From IMG/VR virus record IMGVR_UViG_2887127144_000001: a stretch of 64,000 nt of DNA; one strand, 5' to 3'. The position numbers and the translations under genes were made by a program. Below the pieces are notes generated by a model that did not search any database, was not told where the DNA came from, and worked only from the letters and a program-made list of their open reading frames with translations. This stretch comes from a virus. Taxonomy: Duplodnaviria; Caudoviricetes. This document shows, one piece after another, positions 35,011-45,131 of this stretch (positions are counted from its first letter, which is position 1; each line of letters opens with the position of its first letter).

Positions 35011-35781
35011 TTATGCTGCCTCGGCAGACGGTTCCGAGATGGCGTTGGTCATTGCGTCGTTGAACGCTGCCCAAGAGAACGGAAGCTCCGGCGGCAACCC
35101 GTATCGATTGCCTGCCATGAAGGCGGGGCTCTCGACGGTATGCAGCACGCGGTCGCCCGCGCGGCCCTTCGTTACCTTCTTCTTGAAGCCAACGTCCTTT
35201 GCGTCTATGTATACGTCCTGGTTGGCGAACAGAAGGCAGTCCGACCACTCGGTGAGGATCGCGGCCGACTTTGCATGAAGCTTAAGCATGTGTCGGTCGT
35301 AGGAGTCGGTGAGCGGGTTATCGTAGCGTTTCACCTGGTCGTGGGCGATCAGAAGCACGGCCATCCCCTTGTCGTTGCGCAGGGCGGTCAAGCCATCGAA
35401 GAGTTGCTTCCACAGGTTGACGGCAGCCACATAGCCGGCCCCGTAGCCGATGTCCTCGATGGACTTCTTCCCGGCCTCGGCGGCGACCTGCTGGAAGATC
35501 AGCGCCTCAAGCCAGTCGGCGGAGTCGATAACAACCGTGGAGAACGGGTGCTCCTGAGTGTAGAGTGCCTCGACCGCACCGATCACGTCGCTGTAGGAGG
35601 TGAGTTTGTCTTTCGTGACGCGGGCGACATTGAGCGCCCCAGAGCCGCCTTCGATGTCGAGCACGATGGCGCCCTCGATGTCGGCGGCGAAGGTCGTCTT
35701 GCCGATCTTCGGGGGCCCGTAGAGGACGAGGCGGGGGGGGAGAATGACGCGGGAGGGTTTGATCTCGGAGAGGTTTAGCAT
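35011..35781 (-). CDS. AAA_24 (Sak4-like) phage recombination ATPase
   Basis: YGPPKIGKTT, LDIEGG, VVIDSADWLE, LIAH, AGNRYGLP. Confidence 0.85.
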   Translation of the reverse strand: MLNLSEIKPSRVILPPRLVLYGPPKIGKTTFAADIEGAIVLDIEGGSGALNVARVTKDKLTSYSDVIGAVEALYTQEHPFSTVVIDSADWLEALIFQQVAAEAGKKSIEDIGYGAGYVAAVNLWKQLFDGLTALRNDKGMAVLLIAHDQVKRYDNPLTDSYDRHMLKLHAKSAAILTEWSDCLLFANQDVYIDAKDVGFKKKVTKGRAGDRVLHTVESPAFMAGNRYGLPPELPFSWAAFNDAMTNAISEPSAEAA

Positions 35782-35808
35782 TAGTGAGTCCTTTCACACT
35801 TAGAGTTG

Positions 35809-36204
35809 TTACGCGGCTTCTTTTACGCTGAACGCCGGCTTCTTCGGCTTCAGCGTCAGGGCGGGCTGGATCTTCTGGTAAGCCTCCGGCACGTTGTCGC
35901 GCAGGTATCCGATCGCCTTACCGTCCGGCTTCCATACGCCGGTGAACGGAAACGGCACGGATGCGTCCCAGTCCTGATAGGCAGCTGTGATCCGCTCCTG
36001 CGACCATTCCTCGCTGTAACCGGTGGCGATCTTCATGCCCGTCGGCAGTGTGTGCGTGCCCTTCTCCGGTAGCTCGCTCTCGACAAGTTCGTAGATCTGG
36101 GATTCGATCGCGATTCGGCGTGCGTTGGCGTCTGTCTCTTGCTGTTTCGCTTCTTTCCACGCGGCAGTAAGCAGCGCGAGCTTCTTGTCGGCGTCTTGGT
36201 CCAT
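35809..36204 (-). CDS. Phage hypothetical protein of the recombination module
   Basis: AAGGA RBS; coiled N-terminus; LTLKPKKPAFSV end. Confidence 0.75.
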   Translation of the reverse strand: MDQDADKKLALLTAAWKEAKQQETDANARRIAIESQIYELVESELPEKGTHTLPTGMKIATGYSEEWSQERITAAYQDWDASVPFPFTGVWKPDGKAIGYLRDNVPEAYQKIQPALTLKPKKPAFSVKEAA

Positions 36205-36302
36205 AGGTCGTTCCTTCAGTTGGTTGTTGCATGAATAAATGAGTTGGTGTATTGATACCTAATAGCTTCTACGCTAACTGTCAACCGAAAAATGAGGTCC
36301 CA

Positions 36303-36464
36303 ATGGAGGAAGAAACAATCAGCAGCAAAACAGAGTCCTATTACCTTCCGTCCGACGTGTCAGCCTGGATCGAGCAGCAAGCGAAAGCGGAGAATCGCTC
36401 AGCAAGCAATTTCTTAACGACCCTGATACGGAAGATTCGCGACAGCGGCGGTAACGCAGCATGA
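36303..36464 (+). CDS. Ribbon-helix-helix (Arc-like) regulator
   Basis: SYYLPSDVSAWIEQQAKAENRSASNFLTTLIR; sits at the divergent promoter region, coupled to the primase. Confidence 0.7.
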   Translation: MEEETISSKTESYYLPSDVSAWIEQQAKAENRSASNFLTTLIRKIRDSGGNAA

Positions 36465-38638
36465 CACGCAGTCCCTTTCAGGCCGCCGCACCGGCCATGC
36501 GTGCACATGGCTATTCCGTCATCCCGCTCGCGCCCACCCAGAAGTACCCGACGATCGAGCGTTGGAGTGAATACTGCTCCCGCCTTCCGACGGACGAGGA
36601 GCACACTCGCTGGATGGGCTGGGTGGCCTCGAACATCGGGTTATGCCTGGGCTCCGCCTCCGGCGTCATGGCGCTCGACTTCGACGACGACGTCGACGGA
36701 CTTCACGAGCGCATCCTGGCGATCGTGCCCGACTCCCCGGTCAAGAAGCGGGGCGCCAAGGGGTTCACGGCTTTCTACCGGTACGGCGGGCAGCGTAGCC
36801 AAGGGCTCAGCCTGCGTGGAACCCGTGTGCTCGACGTGCTCTCCGACGGCCGCCAGACCGTCCTGCCGCCCTCCCTGCATCCGTCCGGCGGGGCCTACGA
36901 ATGGATGACCCCGAGAACGCTCGCCGACCTCTCTCCGGATGACCTCCCCGAGATCCCAGCCGCCGCGATGCAGGCGGTGGGGGCGCTGTTCCGCTCGGAA
37001 CCGGCCCGTCCGGCTTCCAGGCCCTTCCTCCAGGACCCCTACCGCGAGACCGACCTGGCCGAGGTCGCCGATGCCTTACGCTGCATTCCGGCCGACGACT
37101 ACGACGTCTGGATCAGGATGGGGATGGCGCTCAGGCAGCACCTGGGCGACCGAGGCATGGCCCTCTGGGATCAATGGTCCTCGACCAGCTCGAAATACGA
37201 CGCCCGGGAGATCCCGAAGCGATGGAGGAGCTTCAACCGGGCTGACATCACGATCGCCAGCCTCTTCTATACGGCCATGGATCACGGCTACATCCCCCCG
37301 AGGCGGATGCCCGAGCGGCCCGAGTTGCCGGCGGTGGTCATCGAGGAGGGAGGGAACCTGCGCCCTTTCGCCAGCGGCCGCGCGGCCCAGCCATCGGTCG
37401 ACGCGGCCATCCTGAACCCTCCGGGTTTGGTCGGTAGGGTCGCCCGCTGGATCAACGACACGAGCATCTATCCCCAGCCCATGCTCGCCGTGGCGGCGGC
37501 GATCACCGCGGCCGGGGTCGCGATGAGCCACAAGGTCCAGTCGCCGACGCGATTGCGGACGAACTTCTACACGATGGGCCTGGCGCCCAGCGGCGCGGGC
37601 AAGGACCATGCTCGCGACTGCGTCACGACCCTGCTATGCCGCGCCGGGCTGGAAGGTCTCATCGGGGGCACACCGGCGAGCGGCGCGGGGCTACTGACGG
37701 CCCTGCGGGAAGGTGGCGGGCGCTGCCTGGTGCTCTGGGACGAGTTCGGGCGTGTGCTGAAGAACCTGACCCACAAGAACGCGGGGAGCCATCAGCGGGA
37801 CATCCTGACCTACCTGATCGAGCTATTCAGCTCATCGAAGAGCATGTACGCCGGGGTCCAGTACGCCAACCACGACGGCAAGATGAAGCGGACACCGATC
37901 GACCAGCCCTGCCTGTCGGTCTACGCGACCACGGTGCCCGAGCGCTTCTTCCAGACGCTGACCTCGGACGACGCGATTGACGGCTTCCTGGCTCGCTGGC
38001 TGGTCCTGGAGAGCAAGGAATACACGCTGAAGCCGGCCAAACCCGCAGGCAACGTGAACGACCCCCCGGAGGAGATCCTCGCCGAGCTGCGGCGGTGGAA
38101 GGATGCCCCTAGCAACTACGACCCCCGCGGCAACGTCGATGGGGTGCTCCGGATCAGTCCGATGGTGGTCAGCTATTCGGAGGAGGCGGAGAAGATCATC
38201 GGGGAGTACAGCGAGACCATGCGACGCCGGGCCGCAGAGGAATCGGCGGCACGCAGCGGCCTGTCTGCCATCTACGCCCGCTCGGCCGAGCACGCCATCA
38301 AGCTGGCCCTGGTCGCCCATGAGGGGGACACGATCGGGGCCGAGGCGATGAGCTGGGGCATCGCCATGGCCGACCACTGCGCGGCCTACATGGCCGAAGC
38401 CGTGAAGGCCAACGTCGCGGAAAGCGACCACGAGCGGAACCTCAACAGGGTCCTGCAGGTCATCCGCGACGGCAAGGGAGCCTGGGTCGAGAACCGCACG
38501 CTACTCCTGCGCACCCGCAACCTCAAGTTCAGGGAGCGAAACGAGATAATCGCGGACCTGGTCGAGTCGGGCGAGATCGAGCGTGAGGAGGTCGAGGGCA
38601 AGACCAAACGCTCTTACCGCTTCCGCGCGGTACGATAG
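36461..38638 (+). CDS. Bifunctional primase-polymerase with PriCT-2 and DUF3987-like ATPase domains
   Basis: GYSVIPL, NIGL, ALDFD, VLPPSLHPSG (Prim-Pol); DYDVWIRMGMAL...WDQWS (PriCT-2); APSGAGKD, WDEFG, DGFLAR. Confidence 0.9.
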   Translation: MTRSPFQAAAPAMRAHGYSVIPLAPTQKYPTIERWSEYCSRLPTDEEHTRWMGWVASNIGLCLGSASGVMALDFDDDVDGLHERILAIVPDSPVKKRGAKGFTAFYRYGGQRSQGLSLRGTRVLDVLSDGRQTVLPPSLHPSGGAYEWMTPRTLADLSPDDLPEIPAAAMQAVGALFRSEPARPASRPFLQDPYRETDLAEVADALRCIPADDYDVWIRMGMALRQHLGDRGMALWDQWSSTSSKYDAREIPKRWRSFNRADITIASLFYTAMDHGYIPPRRMPERPELPAVVIEEGGNLRPFASGRAAQPSVDAAILNPPGLVGRVARWINDTSIYPQPMLAVAAAITAAGVAMSHKVQSPTRLRTNFYTMGLAPSGAGKDHARDCVTTLLCRAGLEGLIGGTPASGAGLLTALREGGGRCLVLWDEFGRVLKNLTHKNAGSHQRDILTYLIELFSSSKSMYAGVQYANHDGKMKRTPIDQPCLSVYATTVPERFFQTLTSDDAIDGFLARWLVLESKEYTLKPAKPAGNVNDPPEEILAELRRWKDAPSNYDPRGNVDGVLRISPMVVSYSEEAEKIIGEYSETMRRRAAEESAARSGLSAIYARSAEHAIKLALVAHEGDTIGAEAMSWGIAMADHCAAYMAEAVKANVAESDHERNLNRVLQVIRDGKGAWVENRTLLLRTRNLKFRERNEIIADLVESGEIEREEVEGKTKRSYRFRAVR

Positions 38639-38729
38639 CCCCCGACGCGGGCTAGACGCCACGAACCCGGCAGCCCCGTGGCGTGTCGGCTATAAGTTTC
38701 GATGATCAAACGGGTTCGGAGCCCCCCCC

Positions 38730-40130
38730 GTGGACATCCTCACGCCTGTGGTCCCCGAGGACCGGCAGCACCCCAACTTCCGCATGCTGACGAGCATCGA
38801 GCTCTCCGGCCCTGAACGGGCCGTGCTTCAGGGCTGGGCGGATGGATTTCGTGACCGGGACGGCAAGTTCGCGAAGGAATTCCAGACGACCTACAATTCC
38901 AGCTTCTGGGAGCTCTACCTGTTCGCGGCCTTCAGGGAGCTGGGCTGCGATGTCGACCAGAGCCACTCGTCGCCGGATTTTGTCCTGAGGACCCCGGTCG
39001 GTGAAATCGTCGCAGAGGCCACGATCGCCTCGCATGCGGAGGGGTACGCCCCGGAGTGGGAGCGCCCGGATCCCGAGGCAAGGCTCGACGTCAACCGCGA
39101 GGAGCTCATCACGCTGGCCACGATCCGCCTGGCGAACGCGGTCACGTCGAAGCACCGGAAGTACTTTGCCTCCTATGCGACGCTACCTCACGTCGCCGGC
39201 AAGCCGTATGTGATCTGCGTGGCCCCGTTCGAGCAGCCCTTCTTCTTCATGCAGAACGACCTGGCGCTCCGGAGGGTCCTGTACGGCTTCGACCAGCACA
39301 TCTTCATCGACGACAAGGGGACCGGGGCGAGGCTGGTGCTCGGGGTGGCGACGCGCGACAGCGTCACGAAGGACAACGGGTCGCAGGTGCCACTGGGGCT
39401 ATTCACACGCCCAGGCATGGAGGACGTCAGCGCCGTCATCTTCAGCAACACAGCGACCTTCACCAAGGTTCAAGCCCTTGCGAGCGAGGGTTCGTACCCG
39501 GTCATCTTTCTGGCGAGCCGATACAATGCGGCCGGGATCGAGCCTCACCTGATCCGCCTGCCGCGCCCCCACTACCAGGAGACGTTGCTCGACGGCCTTC
39601 ACGTCTGCCTCAACCCGTTCGCTACCCGGCCCCTCGACCCCGGCTGGTTGCTAGAACGAGGGGCGGCGCTTCACACCTATGACCCGGCGACCAAAGAATA
39701 CTCGGGGCTTGGGCCAGACGGATTCCTGATCCAGCACGGCAGCTTTTCGGCGTTGCGACCGGGCATGGCGCGGGGCTTCGCGAGGGAGCCCAAGCCCCCG
39801 GATTCGTTCAAGCGGCCGAGCCTACCCGATTTCCCCGAGGGTCAGTTGGTGGCCGTTGGCGGTCAGGTAATGAGCTTCGTCGACCACCACCTCGGCCATT
39901 ATCGCGGCTGGACCGTCATGGTCGCCCGCGACCGAGGGGACAACGACTGGGGAGCCCAAGCGTTCGAGGGGCTATATCGGTCGCTTGCCGAGTGCCAGAG
40001 CGTGCCGAAGGAGATGCGATACCTGCCGGCGGCGGACTGGCGGGCGACCCGAGATGAGGCGTTCGAGGACATGAAGCGACGGATCGACCGCGAAGTCGCC
40101 CGTTCGCGGGAATCGAGACAGGCCGACTGA
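38730..40130 (+). CDS. Hypothetical moron protein with a PD-(D/E)xK-like N-terminal motif
   Basis: DRDGKFAKEFQTTYNSSFWELYL...SPDF...VAEAT; 466 aa; sits between the primase and the origin. Confidence 0.7.
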   Translation: MDILTPVVPEDRQHPNFRMLTSIELSGPERAVLQGWADGFRDRDGKFAKEFQTTYNSSFWELYLFAAFRELGCDVDQSHSSPDFVLRTPVGEIVAEATIASHAEGYAPEWERPDPEARLDVNREELITLATIRLANAVTSKHRKYFASYATLPHVAGKPYVICVAPFEQPFFFMQNDLALRRVLYGFDQHIFIDDKGTGARLVLGVATRDSVTKDNGSQVPLGLFTRPGMEDVSAVIFSNTATFTKVQALASEGSYPVIFLASRYNAAGIEPHLIRLPRPHYQETLLDGLHVCLNPFATRPLDPGWLLERGAALHTYDPATKEYSGLGPDGFLIQHGSFSALRPGMARGFAREPKPPDSFKRPSLPDFPEGQLVAVGGQVMSFVDHHLGHYRGWTVMVARDRGDNDWGAQAFEGLYRSLAECQSVPKEMRYLPAADWRATRDEAFEDMKRRIDREVARSRESRQAD

Positions 40131-40149
40131 GATAAGTAACAATGATCGA

Positions 40150-40420
40150 GATAAATCGCACGGCTCCTTGCGATTTATTCGAGGACGCCGTTCCCTTAAA
40201 TTTCAATATATTATTGTAATATGATTATATAAATAATAAATAAGTAACATAAATCACATGGTATCTCTTGCCCTCCTCTTCTACAGTAGGGATGTGCTAT
40301 AGGGTGTACTGCTGCGATTTATTCTGGCGACGTCCGGCTGGCAGCGAGATTTACTAGCAATGTCATCAGGTTAGAGCGACAAGATAAATCGCTGCGACTT
40401 TTTCGGCCTGCGATTTATCT
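40150..40420. repeat. Putative phage replication origin: ATAAATCGC iterons plus AT-rich tract
   Basis: ATAAATCGC or its complement at 40151, 40169, 40313, 40382 and 40409 (two inverted pairs and a single copy); very AT-rich 40196-40260. Confidence 0.7.
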
Positions 40421-40508
40421 CCCCTCCCCGCAACAGCTCCCCATAAAGAACCCGCTTGCGCACCACTTCATTTCGTGGCAGTGTTTGGCAAACCAGCTAG
40501 GGGGGGCT

Positions 40509-41009
40509 ATGCGGGGGCACATCATCACCTGGGAACGGGCGGCCAAGGGCGACCTTCACATCACGCAGGACGCCGCAGGGTTCATGTCACGGGCGTCCGT
40601 GATCGACAACAGCATCATCAGCAGGCTGCACGAGAAGCGGATCCTCGGATGGAAGCACATCGAGGCCGCAGCGACCTACTCCCTGTGGCAGCACGCCTTC
40701 AAGCGCCCCTTTTACGCCGAGCCCCGCAAGCTCTACATGATCGAGATCGCCGGCGGCCAGTCGAACGGCAAGAAGGACGAGGGCAGCTACCGGAAGCTCC
40801 TCCGCAGGCTTACGCGGCTCGACCAGTACATCGTCGACACGGCGATCACCGGCGACTACGTCGAGCCCGTGACCGAGCAGGAGGTGATCCGCCAGGCCCA
40901 CACGAACAAGCAGGTGGTGCATGCCTTCGACCTGCTGTGCGAGGCCATCCGGCAGGTGAAGGAGGAGATCGAGCGGGATGAAGATAACGCTTGCGCAACG
41001 GATAATTAA
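40509..41009 (+). CDS. Hypothetical protein in the late-regulator (Q-like) position
   Basis: Immediately upstream of a promoter/terminator pair and terS; the role is inferred from position only. Confidence 0.6.
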   Translation: MRGHIITWERAAKGDLHITQDAAGFMSRASVIDNSIISRLHEKRILGWKHIEAAATYSLWQHAFKRPFYAEPRKLYMIEIAGGQSNGKKDEGSYRKLLRRLTRLDQYIVDTAITGDYVEPVTEQEVIRQAHTNKQVVHAFDLLCEAIRQVKEEIERDEDNACATDN

Positions 41010-41081
41010 CTGCTATCCTTAGAATTAAGCCACGCCACAGGTGCGTCCAGAATTTACCGCCCGCGTTCAGCGGGCTTTTTT
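40991..41081 (+). promoter_or_regulatory. Putative late promoter followed by an intrinsic terminator (pR'/tR'-like)
   Basis: TTGCGC-17 nt-TATCCT at 40991-41019; hairpin gcccgc-gttca-gcgggc plus T6 at 41059-41081, 10 nt before terS. Confidence 0.55.
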
Positions 41082-41090
41082 ATTGCCCAC

Positions 41091-41636
41091 ATGTCCGAGA
41101 CCCTTACCCCGAAACAGGAAAAGTTCGCGCAGAAGTTCGTCGAGATCGACAACGCCAGCGAGTCATATCGCTTTGCGTATGACGCCGAAAACATGAGCGA
41201 CGAAGCAATCGCGGTTGAGGCTTGCCGCCTTCGAGACAACCCTAAGGTGGCCCTAAGAATTGAAGAGCTTAGGAAATACCAGCTCAAGCGGCACGAAGCG
41301 ACCGCGGATCGCGTCATCGCCGAGCTGGCCCGTCTGGCCTTCCTGGATATCCGCAAGGCCTTCGATGAAGAAGGCAACTTGAAGCCGATCCACGAGCTGG
41401 ATGACGACACCGCGGCCGCCATCTCCGGCCTCGAGGTCGAGACCCTCTTCGAGGGCAAGGGGTCGGAACGTGAGGCGGTAGGCCGCCTGCACAAGATCAA
41501 GCTCAGCGACAAGAAAGGGGCGTTGGACAGCCTGGCGAAGACGCTCGGCATCGCCCCCGACAAGCTGATCGTGATGAACCAGCCCCTGCCCGAGGAGGAT
41601 CGGGCACTGCTTGACGAGTACACGAAGGCCAAGTGA
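41091..41636 (+). CDS. terS: Terminase small subunit
   Basis: LTPKQEKFAQKFV...NASESYRFAY, RL-x-x-NPKV, TADRVIAELARLAFLDIR, KIKLSDKKGAL. Confidence 0.9.
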   Translation: MSETLTPKQEKFAQKFVEIDNASESYRFAYDAENMSDEAIAVEACRLRDNPKVALRIEELRKYQLKRHEATADRVIAELARLAFLDIRKAFDEEGNLKPIHELDDDTAAAISGLEVETLFEGKGSEREAVGRLHKIKLSDKKGALDSLAKTLGIAPDKLIVMNQPLPEEDRALLDEYTKAK

Positions 41637-43026
41637 CCAGGAGGCGTTCGACGCCCTCCTGCGCCATCGGCTGTCCGCGTTCACGCGAAAGGCATTCGCG
41701 ACCGTAGATCCGGGGGCGACCTACAGCCACAACTGGCACATCGACCTTATCGCCGAGTACCTGGAGGCATGCACCAGGCGCGAGATCAAGCGGCTGATCA
41801 TCAACATCCCGCCCCGCTACATGAAGTCGATATCGGTCACGGTGGCGTGGCCGGCATGGCTCCTAGGCAGAGACCCGAGCGAGCGCATCCTCGCGGCGTC
41901 CTACGCCGAAGTGCTCTCCCTGAAGCACAGCATGGACTGCCGCCTGGTGATGCAGTCGGACTGGTACCGGCGCATCTTCCCCGGGCTTCAGCTCACCGGG
42001 GACCAGAACGAGAAACGCAAATTCGTCACGACGGCGCGGGGCCATCGCTTCGCCACCTCAGTCGGCGCCTCGGTCATCGGCGAGGGCGGGCGGTTCCTGA
42101 TCGTGGATGACCCGCTCAATGCCCAGCAGGCATTGTCCGACACCCAACGCGAGGCCGCGAACACCTGGTTCGACCAGGGGTTCTCGACCCGCCTCGACGA
42201 CAAGGAGAACGGCGTCATCGTCGTGGTGATGCAGAGGCTCCACGCCGACGACCTATCCGGCCACCTGCTGGCGAAGGGCGGCTGGGAGCACCTGTGCATC
42301 CCCGGCATAGCCGAGGTCCGCACGGTCGTTGATTTCGGGCGGGTGAAAGTCATCCGGGAACCGGGCGACGTGCTTCATCCGGCCCGCGAGAGCCGGCAGG
42401 CTATCGAGCGGCAGAAGACCGAGATGGGTTCCTACGCCTTCGCCGGGCAGTACCAGCAACGTCCCGCGCCTGCGGACGGCGGCATCTTCAAGGCCGGCTG
42501 GTTCAGACGCTACGAGAAGCCCCTGGAGACTTACGAGCAGATCATCCAGAGCTGGGACACGGCGAGCAAGCCGGGCCAGCTCAACGACCCGAGCTGCTGC
42601 CTGACCTTCGGTGTCAGGAAAGACGGCTTCGACCTGCTGCAGGCGGTTGTTCGCCGCCTCGAGTACCCGGACCTGAAGGCCCTCGTGCTCAAGCAGGCCG
42701 TCGACTGGAACCCGAACGCCATCCTGATCGAGGACAAGTCGTCCGGTCAGGCGCTCCTGCAAGACCTTCGACGGGAGACGAAGCTGCCGCTGATCGGGAT
42801 CAATCCCGAGAAGGACAAGATCACCCGGGCTTCGGCCGTCTCCGCCATGGTGGAGGCTGGCAAGCTGGCCCTGCCTACGCAGGCACCATGGCTAACCGAT
42901 TTCGAGATGGAACTGATGACCTTCCCCAACGCTCCGCATGACGACCAAGTGGACGGGCTGAGCCAGTTCTTGAACTGGATGCGGGAGCGCCAGCACGCCC
43001 CCGAGATCCGCATCCGCAGGCTCTAG
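41611..43026 (+). CDS. terL: Terminase large subunit
   Basis: INIPPRYMKS, IVDDP, MQRLH-x-DD, QYQQRP, SWDTA, IEDKSSG, HDDQVD nuclease motif. Confidence 0.93.
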   Translation: MTSTRRPSDQEAFDALLRHRLSAFTRKAFATVDPGATYSHNWHIDLIAEYLEACTRREIKRLIINIPPRYMKSISVTVAWPAWLLGRDPSERILAASYAEVLSLKHSMDCRLVMQSDWYRRIFPGLQLTGDQNEKRKFVTTARGHRFATSVGASVIGEGGRFLIVDDPLNAQQALSDTQREAANTWFDQGFSTRLDDKENGVIVVVMQRLHADDLSGHLLAKGGWEHLCIPGIAEVRTVVDFGRVKVIREPGDVLHPARESRQAIERQKTEMGSYAFAGQYQQRPAPADGGIFKAGWFRRYEKPLETYEQIIQSWDTASKPGQLNDPSCCLTFGVRKDGFDLLQAVVRRLEYPDLKALVLKQAVDWNPNAILIEDKSSGQALLQDLRRETKLPLIGINPEKDKITRASAVSAMVEAGKLALPTQAPWLTDFEMELMTFPNAPHDDQVDGLSQFLNWMRERQHAPEIRIRRL

Positions 43027-44385
43027 ATGGTCTGGCCCTTCCGCCGCAAGGACGTGGCGCCCCCGCCCGGCCGTAAGAACGCGACCTACTTCTTCTCGCT
43101 CGGCCTCGGCAAGGCCGGGCTCACCGGAGCCGGATATGACAAGCTCGCGAGCGAGGGCTACGCCCAGTGCGTGGTGGCCTACGCCTGCATCAACCTGAAG
43201 GCGACTGCGGTCGCCTCGGTGGACCTCCAGCTCTACCGGCGCGGCAAGAAGGGCAAGCTGGCGAAGGTTGAGGCGCACGAGCTGCTCAGGCTGCTGGAGA
43301 ACCCGAACCCGACCCAGTCGGGCCGCGAGTTCATGCGGCACCTGACAAGCTACCAGCAACTCTGCGGCAACGCCTACATCTTCGGCAACGGCATCGACCC
43401 GGCGAAGCGCACCGGCAAGCCGCCCCGGGAACTTCAGCTGCTGAACCCGGGCAAGATGCGGATCGAGCCGGGGACGGGTCTGTTCCCGAAGCAGTACGAA
43501 TACCGCTCGGCCCAGAACGTGGCCACCACCTTCCCGGTGGAACAGATCACGGGCCGCTCGGCGATCCTGCACCTGAAGTCGTTCAATCCGCTCAACGCCT
43601 GGTACGGCATGAGCCCGCTGGAGGCGGCCGCCCTCGGCGTGGACATCCACAACGACGGCCAGCGCTGGAACAAGCGGCTGATCGAGAACGGGGCCCGCCC
43701 CTCTGGCGCCCTGGTGGTCAAGGGCGGCGAGGGCCATCCGGCAACGCTCTCGGACGATCAGTACCTCCGCGTCAAGCAGATGATCGACGAGCAGTTCAGC
43801 GGCCCGGCCAACGCAGGCCGACCGATGCTCCTCGAGGGCGGGCTGGAATGGAAGGAGATGAGCCTGAACCCCAAGGACATGGAGTTCTTGGAGGGCAAGC
43901 ACTCCGCCGCCCGCGACATCGCCCTGGCCTACGGGGTGCCGCCGCAGCTTCTCGGCATCCCGGGCGACTCGACCTATTCGAATTACTCCGAGGCCCGCAC
44001 CGCCTTCTGGACGGACACCGTCCTACCGGAGCTGGGCTGGACGCTCGACGCCCTGAACCGCTGGCTGACGCCGCTCTACGGCGAGGATCTCTACGTCTGG
44101 TACGACGAGGAGATGATCCCCGCGCTGGAGACCCGGCGCAAGGAGAAGGCCGAGCGGATCAACGCCGCGAGCTACATGACGATCAACGAGAAGCGCCGGG
44201 CGATGGGCCTGGACGACGTCGAGGGCGGGGACGTGATCTTCGTGCCCAGCACGAACGTGCCTCTGGAACTGGCCGGTCAGATAGACCTGCCCGAGCCGGG
44301 GAGCCAGGCTGACCAGGGCGGAGAGCCCGCGACGGACGCCCCGGAAGACGACACGGACGATCCGGAAGACGACGAGGCCGAGTGA
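43027..44385 (+). CDS. Portal protein, HK97 family
   Basis: LLENPNPTQS, GNAY, YGMSPL, NGARPSG, LLEGGLEWKEMSLNPKDMEF, YGVPPQLLG, TYSNYSEA, TINEKR. Confidence 0.95.
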   Translation: MVWPFRRKDVAPPPGRKNATYFFSLGLGKAGLTGAGYDKLASEGYAQCVVAYACINLKATAVASVDLQLYRRGKKGKLAKVEAHELLRLLENPNPTQSGREFMRHLTSYQQLCGNAYIFGNGIDPAKRTGKPPRELQLLNPGKMRIEPGTGLFPKQYEYRSAQNVATTFPVEQITGRSAILHLKSFNPLNAWYGMSPLEAAALGVDIHNDGQRWNKRLIENGARPSGALVVKGGEGHPATLSDDQYLRVKQMIDEQFSGPANAGRPMLLEGGLEWKEMSLNPKDMEFLEGKHSAARDIALAYGVPPQLLGIPGDSTYSNYSEARTAFWTDTVLPELGWTLDALNRWLTPLYGEDLYVWYDEEMIPALETRRKEKAERINAASYMTINEKRRAMGLDDVEGGDVIFVPSTNVPLELAGQIDLPEPGSQADQGGEPATDAPEDDTDDPEDDEAE

Positions 44386-45131
44386 CCGACCGCCGCCTCG
44401 CCCTCCGCGCCTGGCTACTCGCGATGAGTCGGCTCGAAGTCCAGCTCCGCGTCGAGCAGGCCCGCGCCCGCAACGCGATGATCCGGGCGGCGGCCAGGGC
44501 CTACGAGAAGAACGGCCACCCACCGTCCCATGTCTTCCTCGCCCATCGGGTGAGGGTGAAGGGCGTGCTGGACGATCACTACCGCCGCACCATCCCCCTC
44601 TTCGGGCAGATGGCACTGAAGCAGGTCAAGTCCCGCCGCATCGAGCGGAAGGCCGCCCAGACCATCTACGAGGCGCTGGTTGCCGAATGGATCGGTCGCG
44701 AGGCACTGCGCAAGGCGACGCTGATCGCGGACACCGACCGCGACGACGTCCTCGGCGCCATCGAAGGCGGCATGGCCGAGGGGATCGGCACGGAGGAAAT
44801 AGGGAGGAGGATACGGAAGGTCGCGCAGATGACACCGTATCGGGCCGCCACGGTCGCCCGCACGGAGACGCACGCCGCCGCCACGTTCGGCAGCATCGAG
44901 AGTGTCCGGCAGGCAGAGCGCGACCTGGGCGTGGTCATGGTCAAGGAATGGCTGGCCACGAAGGACGACCGCACCCGCCCGGAGCACCTTGCTGCGGACG
45001 GGCAGAAGGTCGGCATGGACGAGAAATTCACCGTCGGCGGCGAGCTGATGGACCGGCCGGGGGATTCGAGCGCGAGTGCGGAGAACGTCATCGCGTGCCG
45101 GTGTGCGCTGGTTTATGAGGAGAAAAGTTAG
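44382..45131 (+). CDS. Head morphogenesis (SPP1 gp7/Mu F-like) minor head protein
   Basis: RAATVARTET, KEWLATKDDRTRPEH, DGQ, IACRC. Confidence 0.88.
   Translation: MTDRRLALRAWLLAMSRLEVQLRVEQARARNAMIRAAARAYEKNGHPPSHVFLAHRVRVKGVLDDHYRRTIPLFGQMALKQVKSRRIERKAAQTIYEALVAEWIGREALRKATLIADTDRDDVLGAIEGGMAEGIGTEEIGRRIRKVAQMTPYRAATVARTETHAAATFGSIESVRQAERDLGVVMVKEWLATKDDRTRPEHLAADGQKVGMDEKFTVGGELMDRPGDSSASAENVIACRCALVYEEKS

Noticed and set aside
40150-40420. Short repeats as a mini-CRISPR array
   Set aside because: The repeats are only 9-12 bp, in mixed orientation and irregularly spaced around an AT-rich tract, which fits origin iterons.
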